DNA of 64,000 nucleotides from Guillardia theta CCMP2712 (GCF_000315625.1 NW_005434561.1:1-64000); one strand, 5' to 3'; positions 22,393 through 37,974 are shown, numbered from the stretch's first letter. Program-made: numbers and translations. The notes: generated by a model from the letters alone, not told the origin.

Positions 22393-25199
22393 CTAGTGGT
22401 TTTGTTTCACTTCTTCATGCGATCCAACATGTTTCTTCGCGTTATCCATTGTGTTGTTTGTGTCGTCTAGCATGTCTTTCTTCGCGACTAGTGATCAAGT
22501 CTCTTGGTTCAAACTAGCAATCATCGCCCTCATCTCCTCCTGCAAGTGTCTGGGGAGGAAGTTTCGCTCGATGAATCTTCTCCCTGCCTCCGACGCTTCT
22601 TCCCTGCTCGCTGGCTCAGCACGCGCGCGCAGCTGGTCGGCCGCTCACCAGTCGCGGTCGGAGAGGAGGAGGTTGATCAGAGCGTCTGCAAACTCTCGCG
22701 CGCGAGCTCCGACGATCGTGACGCCTGCAGTCAGTGAGGCCAGAGGAGAAGGGAAGCCGAACAAGAGGCAGCGAGGGAAGAGAGGAGGGGCAGGACGAGC
22801 ATGGGCAGCCACAGGGGAAGAGGGAGTGGGACAGGGGAAGCAGCAAGAGCAGAAGTTTACCTGTCGTGTTGAGCCCCGGAGAAGGAGGGCGATGTAAACC
22901 CAGAGCTCCCATGCTCGTGGTGACAACGGGCATACCTAACAAGCTCCTGAGATCCTCCTCCTCCTCCTCAACGTCCTCCACCGTTAGCTAGCGGCTCCAG
23001 ATTCTTAGTCTTGAAAGAAGGCTGAGAGCAAGAGCATGAGAGGAAAGAGAGAAGAAGGGAAGGAGCAGAGGAGAGGGGGGCGGGGATGCAGGGGAAGTAA
23101 TATCGACCCGTCCTGAGACGATAGGACTAGCGAACACCCGACAAGACTGTTGAGGAAATCAGCAGAACCCCCCCCCCCCTCTCCTCCTTCTCCTCCTCCT
23201 CCTCCTCCTCCTACCTGCATCAGGTATTCGAGCTCCTGTCCTCGGAGCCTCCCATGGATTTCTATACCTCCACCGGTTCTGTGCATTGAAAAGCCAGTGA
23301 ATTAAGATTCCCCCAAAGAAGGGGAAGGGGAGGAAAAAGACAGAGAAAGGGTTGGGTGGGGTGGGTGGGGGGGGTGGTTTNNNNNNNNNNNNNNNNNNNN
23401 NNNNNNNNNNNNNNNNNNNNNNNNNNNNNNNNNNNNNNNNNNNNNNNNNNNNNNNNNNNNNNNNNNNNNNNNNNNNNNNNGGAGGAGGAGAGGAGAGGAG
23501 AGGAGAGGAGAGGAGAGGAGAGGAGAGGAGAGGAGAGGAGAGGAGAGGAGAGGAGAGGAGAGGAGAGGAGGAGGAGAGGTGTTGCTGGAGGAAGGGGAGT
23601 AGGATGTGAGTAGAGAGATGCTTTGGGTCAAGGAGGGACCAGATGCGCTTTCAGCGAGTCCTTGTGGTTCATATCAGGTCCTGCAGCAGGTGAGAGCGAG
23701 GAGGGGGCGGGAAAGGATCGAAACCGACGATGAAAACTTTCATGTCGTGCGGTGTAAGTCTTGACTCCTCCCTTCGGTCCCACATCAGTCCTTCTAAACC
23801 CACCCCCTCGTCTCCTCCTCTTCCTTCTCCACACTCTCTCCCTCTCCCTTTCCATCCCTCCCTGCCCCCCTCGCCTTCCCCCTGCCTCTCCCCCTCCCCC
23901 TACCTCTCGCTCTCGCTCTCCCCCTATTCCTTCCCTTCCCCACATCTCTTCTCCTCCTCCCTCCTCTCCCTTGTTCTGCGTGTCCTCCTCCACCCTCCTC
24001 CATCCTGACTACCTCAGGAGCGGAAGCACCCGCTCCAGGAACCACTCGACGCCGTCCACGTTGATACTGTGAGCGCTGAGCAAGGGACGAGGTCACGACT
24101 GGAGGACTCGCGTCGCCTCTCACCTCCCCAGCATCAAGATCCCCTTCCTCCTCCTCGCTTCCCCTCCTCCTCCTGCTCCCACCTGCCGTACATCAGCTCC
24201 TTCACAGCTGGGGTGTTGCTGACCTGCCACCTTCCGCTCTCGTCGTACCAGCTGGAGCGGACGAAGCGGATGGGGAAGGCGGGGAGGTCGGGGTAAAGCT
24301 CCTGCTTCTGCGGTCACTGGCAGCAAAGGAATGAAGAAGAGCTGGAGAATGGTAGAGGAGGCGGAGAGGAGGGAGGGGCGGACGATGGGAAAGGAGGAGA
24401 AGGAGGTTAGGACAAGAGGAGAAGAGGAGAAGACGGAAAGGAGAGGGGCAGGTGGGGAGGAGAGGAGGAGGAGGAGAAGAAGACGGAGAGAGGAGGAGGA
24501 GGAGGAGGAGGAGGAGGAGGAGGAGGAGGAGGAGTCCTCCGAGGAGCGGAGCAGGGAGCTTTCACCTGGATCCAGTGTACGTCTTCAGGCAGCTCTATCC
24601 CCACCGCATCAGCTTCTCCCTGGCATCCCCGACGTCAGCCGGTTCGTCTCCTCCTCTCCCTCACCAGCTCCAGCAGCTGCCGGGCTGCTGCTCCTCCCCC
24701 TGCCGCATGACCTGACACGTCATCAGCCACTGATCCCAAGCATTCAGATGGCATGCCAATCGACGCTAGCAGACTCTCCTCCTCCTCCTCCTCCGGCACG
24801 TCAGCTCGCCATGCGCAGCTCGTGGCATCGCCAGGAGAGGAGGAGCTTTCCTTGGATGCTACTGAGAGTCTGGCAAGCAGAACGTCGACCATGCTGATAA
24901 CCTGCGACAAACTATCACTTCTCCTTCCGCTCCTTCCCCTGACCCTCCCTCCCTCCCTCTCTCCCTCCCTCCTCCTCACTTTGCATCGAGGATGCAGAGC
25001 TCTCAGGCCCGGCACCTGCTGCTCGTCACCTCCCTCCTCCTCCTGGCGAGCATGGAGGCACAACCCACATCTGAAGGAGACTCGGACGCCCGGGGTGATA
25101 CCAGTAAGTGCTGTGGAGAGAACGAGTGAGAAATAAAACGGGAGGAAGGCCAAGTTAGAGGTGGACGAGAGCTGGTGGGAGGAGCAGGAGCAGGAGCAA

Positions 25200-25282
<83 letters not shown>

Positions 25283-26079
25283 TAAGACGAGGACAGGGAG
25301 GTGATGGATACTCAGCAGACCTGACGATGAAGGCCAAGGAGAAGGAGGAGCGTGAGGAGAGAAATCCGCTCACTTCCTGGCCGTCATGTCCACAGCTGTA
25401 CCTTGCTGTGCAATAAGAGTGAGAGAAGAAGACGGGAGAACGCGAGGAGCAAGAAAATGGTAGAAGCGCAGAAGACTAGGACATGAGGACGTAGACGAGT
25501 CGAGGAGGAGGAGGAGGAGGAGGAGGAGGAGGAGGAGGAGGAGGAGGAGCAGGAGGAGGAGGAGGAGGAGGAGCAGAGGAGGAGGAGGAGCGAGGAGGAG
25601 GAGCGAGGAGGAGGACGACGAGGANNNNNNNNNNNNNNNNNNNNNNNNNNNNNNNNNNNNNNNNNNNNNNNNNNNNNNNNNNNNNNNNNNNNNNNNNNNN
25701 NNNNNNNNNNNNNNNNNNNNNNNNNNNNNNNNNNNNNNNNNNNNNNNNNNNNNNNNNNNNNNNNNNNNNNNNNNNNNNNNNNNNNNNNNNNNNNNNNNNN
25801 NNNNNNNNNNNNNNNNNNNNNNNNNNNNNNNNNNNNNNNNNNNNNNNNNNNNNNNNNNNNNNNNNNNNNNNNNNNNNNNNNNNNNNNNNNNNNNNNNNNN
25901 NNNNNNNNNNNNNNNNNNNNNNNNNAGGAGGAGCAGGAGGAGGAGCAGGAGGAGGAGCAGGAGGAGGACGACGAGGAGGACCTCTCAGTGAGGGTGGAAT
26001 GGTTTCCGATGGTTCTCCCCACATCCACAGGCACTCGCGAGCAATCACTGTAACTGAGGCAGCAGTCAAAGATCAAACC

Positions 26080-26137
<58 letters not shown>

Positions 26138-26143
26138 CTGCTT

Positions 26144-26174
<31 letters not shown>

Positions 26175-26450
26175 TGCTGCTGCTGACTGCTACCACCCTT
26201 ACTCCTGTTCCCTCACCTTTGTAGCCCTCTTTCTCCAAGGCAGCAGCAATCTTTGCAGCAGTGTCAGCAGAACTTCCTCCTCCTCCTCCTCCTCCTCCTC
26301 CTCCTCCTCCTCCCTCGACCCCCCCCGTCCTCCTCCGGCTCACTTGTCGCGCTCGTTCGGCATCGCCGTTCATGTCAGCCATGGGCAGCCACTCGTACAC
26401 CACAATCGCATGTTCACCTCCTCCTATTGACTCAATCAACGCGCCCTCAT
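22393..26450 (-). CDS. GT-B glycosyltransferase domain (CAZy GT4-like), multi-exon
   Basis: Spliced motifs: HAIVVYEWLPMADMNGDAERARQ..IAAALEKEGYK; HSINVDGVEWFLERVLPLLR; GIEIHGRLRGQELEYLMQ|SCRVFASPIVSG|FKTKNLEPLANG|MPVVTTSMGALGL; GVTIVGARAREFADALINLLLSDRDW; EASEAGRRFIERNF. These match the GT4 C-terminal Rossmann consensus. Confidence 0.78.
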
Positions 26451-26499
26451 CCGCTGCTCTACTTGTCTTCACCATCCTCCTCCTCCTCCTCCTCTGATT

Positions 26500-29749
<3,250 letters not shown>

Positions 29750-29860
29750 GCCTTTCAACCATCCACAACCTGCCGGGAAGGATGTTTAGAATCTAAAGTG
29801 AAGAGAAAGAACAGAAGATGTGGAGGAAGTAGAAGATGCATAGGGATGACTGAGTGAGAT

Positions 29861-30103
<243 letters not shown>

Positions 30104-30151
30104 TGAAAGATAGACACCATTTTATAAAGGCTATGGAGCGCTGCCTCGTAA

Positions 30152-30225
30152 GCTTCCGTAGCTCAGTCGGTCAGAGCGAACGGCTGTTAACCGTTAGGTC
30201 GCAGGTTCGAGCCCTGCCGGGAGCG
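30152..30225 (+). tRNA. trnN-GTT: tRNA-Asn (GTT)
   Basis: Acceptor GCTTCCG/CGGGAGC, D-arm GCTC..GAGC, anticodon arm AACGG-CT GTT AA-CCGTT, T-arm GCAGG-TTCGAGC-CCTGC, discriminator G, no encoded CCA. Confidence 0.97.
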
Positions 30226-30232
30226 CGAATCC

Positions 30233-30237
30233 TTTTT
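30233..30237 (+). terminator. RNA Pol III oligo-T terminator of tRNA-Asn
   Basis: TTTTT starting 8 nt after the tRNA 3' end; a TATA-like TTTATAAA lies about 30 nt upstream of the tRNA (30121-30128). Confidence 0.7.
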
Positions 30238-30286
30238 GCGCTCAGCCGCTCAACTTTTATATTCCAAGTGGATGACGCGCGCCATA

Positions 30287-31482
30287 TCAGAGACTATCAG
30301 AGGACCTGTTAGAGCAGTGCCATTTCGTTCCAACACCGCTGTGGAAGAATGTTTGTCCTGCAGCCCTCAATATTTTTACCTTTTATTTTGGTTTTCCCAT
30401 TGCTTTTTCTTTTCTAAGTAAGATAACCTCAAGACTCCTGCTTCTTCTTCAAACTTTTTTCGTTCTTCACTGTCAAGTGCTCTCCATTTCTCTCCTATTT
30501 TTCGTCCCATCTCTAAAAACTCAATGCCAGGGTTCTCATCTTTCACAGACTGCCTGATCTTATTTGAAAACAGCACGAAAGGACTGCAAGGAAGTCTTGG
30601 AGCTTCCTGCAAAGATACTTCAAAATCCTATTTGAATCAAGACATTGAATTACTAGGGGTCGTTTTTTCTTTTTCTTCTTTCTCGAAAGAGGACCTGGAA
30701 AGCATAAATATCATGACGCCAGGCACGAACATCAAACCTTGGTCTAAGTCTGTGAGATGGCTGGCTCCTTGCACGTCCTGCTGATTATCATGGGGCTTTA
30801 ATTCTTGACCCTGCGTTTCCTTTTCTTGATTCACGATTGAATTTTGAGCTAAAAGCGAATTTTCAGCTGCACTTGCAGCTGTCATGTCACGAACAGCGGT
30901 TTGTCCATCAGCTGTTTGTGAGAAGCGTTTCCCTGACAAATGGCTGTACTCCGGTAGGTCTACTGCCATTGCAGCAGAATCATAAGGATTTTGGGGGGGC
31001 AAAACCAAGTCATCATATCTTTTTGGAGTTTGTTGCTGATTGGAAGATGTCGAGCCTTCATTGCGTTTTGCTAGACCAAAACCAGCTTTCTCTTGTTCAG
31101 CCTTGTAGTCGAAATTCATCAAAGCCTTCAACAAAGCATCTGGTGATACAGCTCGTGCACTTCCCATTCTGTAATCTTTTAGGTGCACATCATGACCTTG
31201 CAGACCTTTCTCGTCGTTGGCTGTGTCTTCGTCGTCATGCTCCATTTTGGTGATAGAAGCAAGCATAGTGCTTTGGTCATCGTCGTAACAGGTTGGAGAA
31301 TAGCTATCACCATCGGAGCACTCATTATCGACTCCCTGTGAGATACAAGTCGAACAAGGTTTTAGCAAGTCGCATTCGACTCCATTCGCTTTACAACGAC
31401 TGCAAGCTAACCCGGTGAAACTTTGATAGTTTTGCAGATCATGTATTTTTGATCTCTGCTTCTGACTGCCACTGTCAGTCAT
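30287..31482 (-). CDS. Transcription factor with N-terminal Zn(II)2Cys6 cluster and C-terminal HMG box
   Basis: CSRCKANGVECDLLKPCSTCISQGVDNEC = Cx2Cx6Cx5Cx2Cx8C (31318-31404). HMG box: APRLPCSPFVLFSNKIRQSVKDENPGIEFLEMGRKIGEKWRALDSEERKKFEEEA (ORF 30376-30612). The two parts would be joined by short introns. Confidence 0.85.
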
Positions 31483-32299
31483 GAATCCACTCGCAGATAT
31501 GAAAGAATATTTTCATGGAATCAATCATCTACATTCTATGCGTGAAGGGCAAAGCCATTCAGGTTTCGATCTCTGATTTAGCGTCCGAATGCCAGTACAA
31601 TTTGATTTTCGATGCGCAGTGAACTGGAATTCTTGAAATACTTTGGCTACCTGCTGTTTTGTCTCGTCACATGTTGAATTGAATAAAGAAGACTGGGGTG
31701 ATGATATTTCCTGTCATTTCTTCCTTCGCTTGCTCATCGGCATTGACCCGACGACCTCCATGGAGCTACGGCGCCTGAGGGCGTGGAGGACGGGGGGGAG
31801 GCGGGGAAAGTGAAGCGTACTAGATAAATTAAAATGATAGTCACGGAAATATCAGTACTACTTGAGAACTGGTACTTCACTTAGTACCAGAATAGCGAGA
31901 TTGCTGCGACTTTTTGTACGGGGTTTTCGATGCTCCTTGATCGCTAAAATAGTTGTTGCAAAGCCCCTGACCACCCCCCAGTTTTGACGAGCAACTGGTA
32001 GGATGTGACGATGGGGCAGGGGTGGTGGGGAGGGACGCCAGTCAAACGTGGAAAGGACCTACTCTTCTGTACATCCCTGGGGCGAGCGAATGGAGAGGAG
32101 GAACAGAGATGCGCCATGGAGCCTGACGATGATATGAAGAGGAAGAGTTGAACTGAAGGAGAAAACACAATGAGCAGCATTGCAGGAGCCATGTCGACTT
32201 GTACTCTCACTGAATACGACACCAGGAGCGACTGCGATCAACTTTGCGTGTGCTCAAAACAAGAAGGGTCTTAAATTCTCAAACTCGGGCAAAGGATCA

Positions 32300-34110
32300 A
32301 CCGTTTGTGAATTCTTTATTTACAAAGCAATCTGACCATCGTTACATCTTGGCTCAAGTCTTAAAGGAACGTCGAGGAACTATGTGTAAAAGTCTTCCTA
32401 AATGGTTCCAGCTTGAATATTCCATAAGTCAAAAGCACATACCAAGCTCACCTCGCTATCTTCAGAGACAGTAAGTAGCGCGAGAGACTCTTTGTTATCG
32501 TTGGCCTTGGTATACGTCGAGAAAACCGTACTTCCACACCTAATTTCGCACATGCATATGTCAGAACATGAATGACTTTGAATTGACCTTCTTGAACGTA
32601 CCTCCAACAGTAGTTTGCACCAGGCAGATGCTTTTTCTCGAAGCATCTTGGGCATTTATACGTACCTACAAAAACCTCACAACTTCTCTTGCAAATCAGC
32701 AGAACATCTCACTCTTTTCTCCATCCAAATTTGCTTTCTGCAATGCAATCGCAAGTTTTGTGAGCTGATAGGGAATGATAGTTGCACCGACCAATATCCC
32801 ACCAGCCACCACTGCTCTTCCAGCAGGAGTTTGCGGCGTGATATCTCCAAAACCAACCTGTTGATTCCTGTTGGTTGGATCGTATGTACAGTATCATGTC
32901 ACTGACCGTTGTCAAAGTGGTGACTGCAAAGTAAAAGGACGTGAAGAAATTCTCTCTGAAACAGCATTAGGCTGAAGATGGTGACGAAATGCGAGATACA
33001 AAGCAGGGTTGTATGGTGCCTGTGAATACCTTGCAGTCAAAACCAAATGTCTCAGATGGATTTCAGATGGTCTGACCTCAACAGAGTAGAACATTCCGGT
33101 TGCAATGAAAAGTGTTGTCCAAACGGTGCTTCCGACGCGAAGAAACTGCAGACTTTCGTTTCCGGATCGTCACAGTGAAATGATGTATTTTCACCTCGAG
33201 CTGATAGGGTTGAATCTCAAAGTTCTTCGGCAAAAACGGCTGATACAGCCTCTTAAAGCTCCTGTCGTCCTTGAGATACCTGTTGCCCTTGCAAGTCAAT
33301 CAAGGGAAGCCTGATGTCCTCCCGTTGCCTCTGAAGTCGCAGAACGCGCAGAAGACGCAAAAACGTGAACCCAGTGAAATTTCCCAATCCTAAGGCGCGC
33401 AGGGTGTACGGAACGAATGAGATGAAATCGACAACCATCTCCCATTTCAGCAGATATCTGTGGTGATGTTGATGGAGATGACAATATCTTTGCTGACTAA
33501 CCTCAGCTTGAAGTTTCTTGAATACCATCTCAGTACGTATTCGGTAATGAAAAGTTTGTTCACCACATCCTCTACCTGGCCGCACCATGTCACAAAGCAC
33601 GTGGTACTCATGGCAATGAACTAGCCTGATTCAACCGTATTCGCGATTGATAGTCTAGTGACACAGTTTGCTCTGCCAGAACGAAACATCCCACAAGTAC
33701 CTGAGCTCGACCCATTCAGTAATGCATATCATGTGATAGAGACCATGACCGTGAACGCAATGAAAATCTCAGTGGCCGGAAGTCTCAAAAACCGGTTTAC
33801 ACTCCGTGCTAATGGCAACGATGGTTTCGAACGCCTTTCTCTGAATTTTTGTCTTTGCATTGAAAGCCCTTCGACACTTGAGACTGAAGACAAATCAACT
33901 CTTCCTCTCCCTCCTTGCCTTGCTTTGAACTCACTTGGTCTGCTCCGACATGTGTGCGACATGGCTCTGTCTTGTCGAACCTAGTGCATGGTAACCTTCA
34001 TAGCACCGCACACAGGACGGTTCAACCTCAAACCAACTTCTGTGAAATGCAGTACTTTGTGAGAGGATATGTCCTGCAGCCAGCCCACGGGGGCATAGAG
34101 CAAATGCCAT
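32300..34110 (-). CDS. Voltage-gated-type (6TM) potassium channel, multi-exon
   Basis: S3/S4 VVDFISFVPY..FTFLRLLRVLRLQR; S5 STVWTTLFIATGMFYSVE; pore FFTSFYFAVTTLTT|VGFGDITPQTPAGR; S6 GILVGATIIPYQLTKL. Ends approximate. Confidence 0.88.
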
Positions 34111-34639
34111 CCTAGCAAGCTACCGTCAGCCATGTCATCGATTTATGACAGAAAGAAGAAGAAACAAGGACTTAGAAACATAGACAGCGCACGCTCTTGG
34201 TGCAGCAAGCGGCTCAAGGCATGTCTGGCATGTCTTTTGCCGCTCGCTCCTCGTGCTTCCTCCATGTCGCGCCTCCTCTCTCACCAGGTTCCCGACATGC
34301 TGCCAGCAGGCACCACCATGCCTGGCGTGACTAGTCCCATACGGTCCAGTTCGAGCTCGCCTCAGATGACCGACCTCCGGCGGAAGCGGCTGGCACTCCG
34401 CCGGGCCTCAGGCTCGGAGGCTCGCCACCGGGCCCGGGCCGGCCCGCCGTCCGATCGGTTCCGAGCGACCGTAGTACCTGGAATTATGAAAGTCACAGTG
34501 CCGAGTCGGGAAACTTGATGATTGAAAGTTAAGTTCAGTGGGGGACAGCAGTTTCAAGCAGCCTCCGTAGGCAGGATGAGGGTTGGTTCTCGCTCTCTTT
34601 TCTCTTCTCGCCGTATGCGGCCTGCACGTGCTGATTGAG

Positions 34640-34660
34640 TTTAACTTAACTTTGAGTAAA
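34640..34660 (-). repeat. Copy of dispersed TTTACTCAAAGTTAAGTTAAA element
   Basis: tttaacttaactttgagtaaa; other copies at 47102, 62460, 62504, 63732 and 63786. Confidence 0.85.
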
Positions 34661-34937
34661 CGCGAAAGTGACCGAGCCCGGCGGTTCCAGAAGTTCCGGC
34701 GAAGTTCTCACGGCGATGCAGTCAGCCATCATACGTGGTTTCAGTCCGGGTCAGTGCGTCGGATCATCGGACGGTCAAAAAGGTTCCGAAACGAAGGGGT
34801 TGAAAGGCATTGACTACCGGTATAGTGAAGCTCTGAAAGGGGGGTACTTTGATCAAAGACGGGGTGGATCTCGGAGCGACTCGTATGTCGGAATGGAGTA
34901 CACCTGGCATGAGGGCGAACTTCCGAAACGAGACTGG

Positions 34938-35043
34938 CTCGTAGAGTCGTAGAGAAGGAGATGCTCTTGCAGTCAATGTGTACCTCCTCTCGTAGAGTCG
35001 TAGAGAAGGAGATGCTCCTGCAGTCAATGTGTACCTCCTCTCT
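34938..35043. repeat. 51-bp tandem duplication
   Basis: ctcgtagagtcgtagagaaggagatgctc(t/c)tgcagtcaatgtgtacctcct x2 with one mismatch. Confidence 0.9.
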
Positions 35044-35138
35044 TTCATGCTTCTGATGCCCATGTTGCTCCTCCGGTCAAGCGTGCTGAGTCTCCATCGA
35101 TGTCAGCGTGGATCACTGACCCATGACTTGCCAGTTGT

Positions 35139-37974
35139 GTGCGCAGCAGCTCGACCATGCTGCGGGCGTGCTGCCTGATAGAAGACTACATACAACGTTT
35201 CGAGATCACAACGCTCAAGGACGAGACGTGCTCCATGGATAACCCGATGAAGGCGAGGACCACTTTTGGTCTCATGCTCAAGGACGACGTGGTAGACAAC
35301 ACGCTGGTCGGAGGGTCAGCCCACAGACTTCTGAGGGCGGGAGACAGGTAGCAGCAGCAGGCGTCCTAGCTCTCATGATGACGCCTCTCCCGCTAGGATA
35401 GTGAGGGTGGAGGGTCGTGCCTTTGACCTCCCTGACCTTCATGCCTTGATGCTTGGTGACGATGTTCCTGGGTCGCATGTTGAGATCTCCGTGGCAGAGC
35501 CGTTCACGGTTGTGAGCATGATCGTGTCGAAGCCTTCCTGACTGTTGGTGGCAGGGACGAGTGAGAGAGGTCTGCCTGCAGAGGATGGAGAGTGGGAAGC
35601 TGGGGCTGAGGAGGAGGATGTTTGAGCTCTTCACCTGCCGTAACAGCCCTCTGCTCTTTTTGTTGCGCCTGCTTACGCGGATCCTCGCAGTGAAGCATCG
35701 CGCCAGCAGCAGGGACGATCAAGTCAGTCTCGATGAGATCCAGGAGTGCCTTAGCATCTGGTCCAACCTCATGGCGGCGGAGGATGCGCGCTGGGGTGAG
35801 GTGGCGGAGAGTGTCAAGAGATTCAAGAGGACGATGCTGGACCTGGTCGCACAAGTGAAGAACGAGCTGAGGAGGCAGGAGGAGGTCCAGAAGCGAGAGC
35901 AGCTGCACTCCATGGTGAGTGAAGGTTGGTTCATGCGCTGTGAGACTCAGGCGACTGACATGGCAGGCGGACGTGGTGCTGGCAAGGAGGAGACTCGAAC
36001 GGAAAGAGCAGGAGCTTGCAGGCAGAAAAAGCATGTTTGACATGCATAAACTGCAACATGATAGTCCATCAACTGCCAGAGATTTGCATCCGGAAACAAG
36101 TCATCCTCACATACAAGATCCGCTGTATGAGCAAAAGCATGATTGCAAAACTTGCAGCAGACGAGAACACACACTGGGAAAAATGACTGAAATGCTCGCA
36201 AGATACAAAACGCGTACAAGTAAAGTTCAGCCCGAATCCACATTTCAATGGTGGATACGCAGGGCAAAAGAAAGCAAGAGGCTGCGGGGGGCATGCGAGC
36301 GGGCAGGAAGGCGGTGGCTGCAGGAGAGAGCAGCGAGGGCGCTCGGGGGCTGGAGAGAGGCAGCGGGCGAGGCGTCGAGGAAGCGAGGGGTGATGGGGCG
36401 TGCAGTAAGGCGGATGAAGAGCAGGAGCGCGGCAGAGGCGATGGAAGGGTGGAAGGAGAGGACGAAGGAGAGCAAGAGGCTGCGGGGGGCATGCGAGCGG
36501 GCAGGAAGGCGGTGGCTGCAGGAGAGAGCAGCGAGGGCGCTCGGGGGCTGGAGAGAGGCAGCGGGCGAGGCGTCGAGGAAGCGAGGGGTGATGGGGCGTG
36601 CAGTAAGGCGGATGAAGAGCAGGAGCGCGGCAGAGGCGATGGAAGGGTGGAAGGAGAGGACGAAGGAGAGCAAGAGGCTGTTGGGGGCATGCGAGCGGGC
36701 AGGAAGGCGGTGGCTGCAGGAGAGAGCAGCGAGGGCGCTCGGGGGCTGGAGGGAGGCAGCGGGCGAGGCGTCGAGGAAGCGAGGGGTGATGGGGCGTGCA
36801 GTAAGGCGGATGAAGAGCAGGAGCGCGGCAGAGGCGATGGAAGGGTGGAAGGAGAGGACGAAGGAGAGCAAGAGGCTGCGGGGGGCATGCGAGCGGGCAG
36901 GAAGGCGGTGGCTGCAGGAGAGAGCAGCGAGGGCGCTCGGGGGCTGGAGGGAGGCAGCGGGCGAGGCGTCGAGGAAGCGAGGGGTGATGGGGCGTGCAGT
37001 AAGGCGGATGAAGAGCAGGAGCGCGGCAGAGGCGATGGAAGGGTGGAAGGAGAGGACGAAGGAGAGCAAGAGGCTGCGGGGGGCATGCGAGCGGGCAGGA
37101 AGGCGGTGGCTGCAGGAGAGAGCAGCGAGGGCGCTCGGGGGCTGGATTTTATTTTGCGAGGTTGAGTCTTATGAGCGAGTGTTGCAGTCAAGGCATGTCA
37201 ATTACCAAGACGCTTCATATGGGTCGGGTCGTAGACGAGTGAGTACTTGTTATGAGGTTGTTTCGTTTCATAAAATTTGTACAGGAGTTACTTGGTTGGT
37301 CTCAAGGGAGTTTCAGGCAAGTAGATGAAAGTTCTGGAAATGGTCTCTCAGGTAGCGCAATGTTGTTTGATTTTCTCTTACGATTTCATCAGATGAGACG
37401 GACACGATGATGTCGAGTCAGATGGAGAGACTTGCGAGTTTTCTGCTGAGGAAGACGGAGAGGCTCCTTGCCGAGCGTCACTTCGACAGCCTGGTGGAGG
37501 CGGCGGACAGGAGGAGAGAAAATCTCTCCCTCCTTGAGAGATTGCTGCACGTGAAACGTCATCATTACCTTGAAGACTCGTTCCTGTCATGGCGGATGCT
37601 CGTCGACTCAAGACATGGAAGCGAAGGAGGAGGAGGGAAGCTAGAAGTCAATGACCAGTTGGTTCCCCAGGAGGTACTTGCTCCTCGCTCCTCTTCCTTA
37701 AAGCTGGTTCACTCTCCTTTCTCAGGTGTTCTTCACTGAGATCCTGCAGTCTTGGCAGCTCGAAAGCAACTCGCAGGCGATCCGGCAGGAGTTTGCCCAA
37801 GAGATCAAGGACTGGCAGTCGAGGTTGGAGCAGGAGGGGGCAGGAGACAACTACAGCAGCATCATGAAGCTGCGCGCCCTTGGCGACCTCTTGCTCAAAC
37901 TTTGGAACGCAGAGAAAGAGGGGCAGGTGAGGGGGTCTAGTCGTTCTCCGGCATGCCATGACGCGCATGTGTGA
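35139..37974 (+). CDS. Sfi1-like repeat (putative centrin-binding) coiled-coil protein, multi-exon
   Basis: ORF 35919-37328 carries 66-aa units (2 x 33 aa), each half with an A-x7-...-x2-W[KR] pattern (AGRRWLQERAARALGGWRE / AVRRMKSRSAAEAMEGWKE). Flanking coiled-coil exons at 35561-36040 and 37407-37974. Confidence 0.7.
36268..37146 (+). repeat. Coding tandem repeat, 198-bp unit x ~4.4
   Basis: gctgcggggggcatgcgagcgggc recurs at 36281, 36479, 36677 (variant), 36875 and 37073. Confidence 0.95.

Noticed and set aside
34668-34952. Small ORF next to the dispersed element
   Set aside because: No recognisable motif; lies within a promoter-like island and ends in the 51-bp duplication.
35947-37191. 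Overlapping genes in several frames and strands across the 198-bp repeat
   Set aside because: Open frames follow from a GC-rich stop-free unit being repeated; only the Trp-periodic frame looks like a known repeat type.
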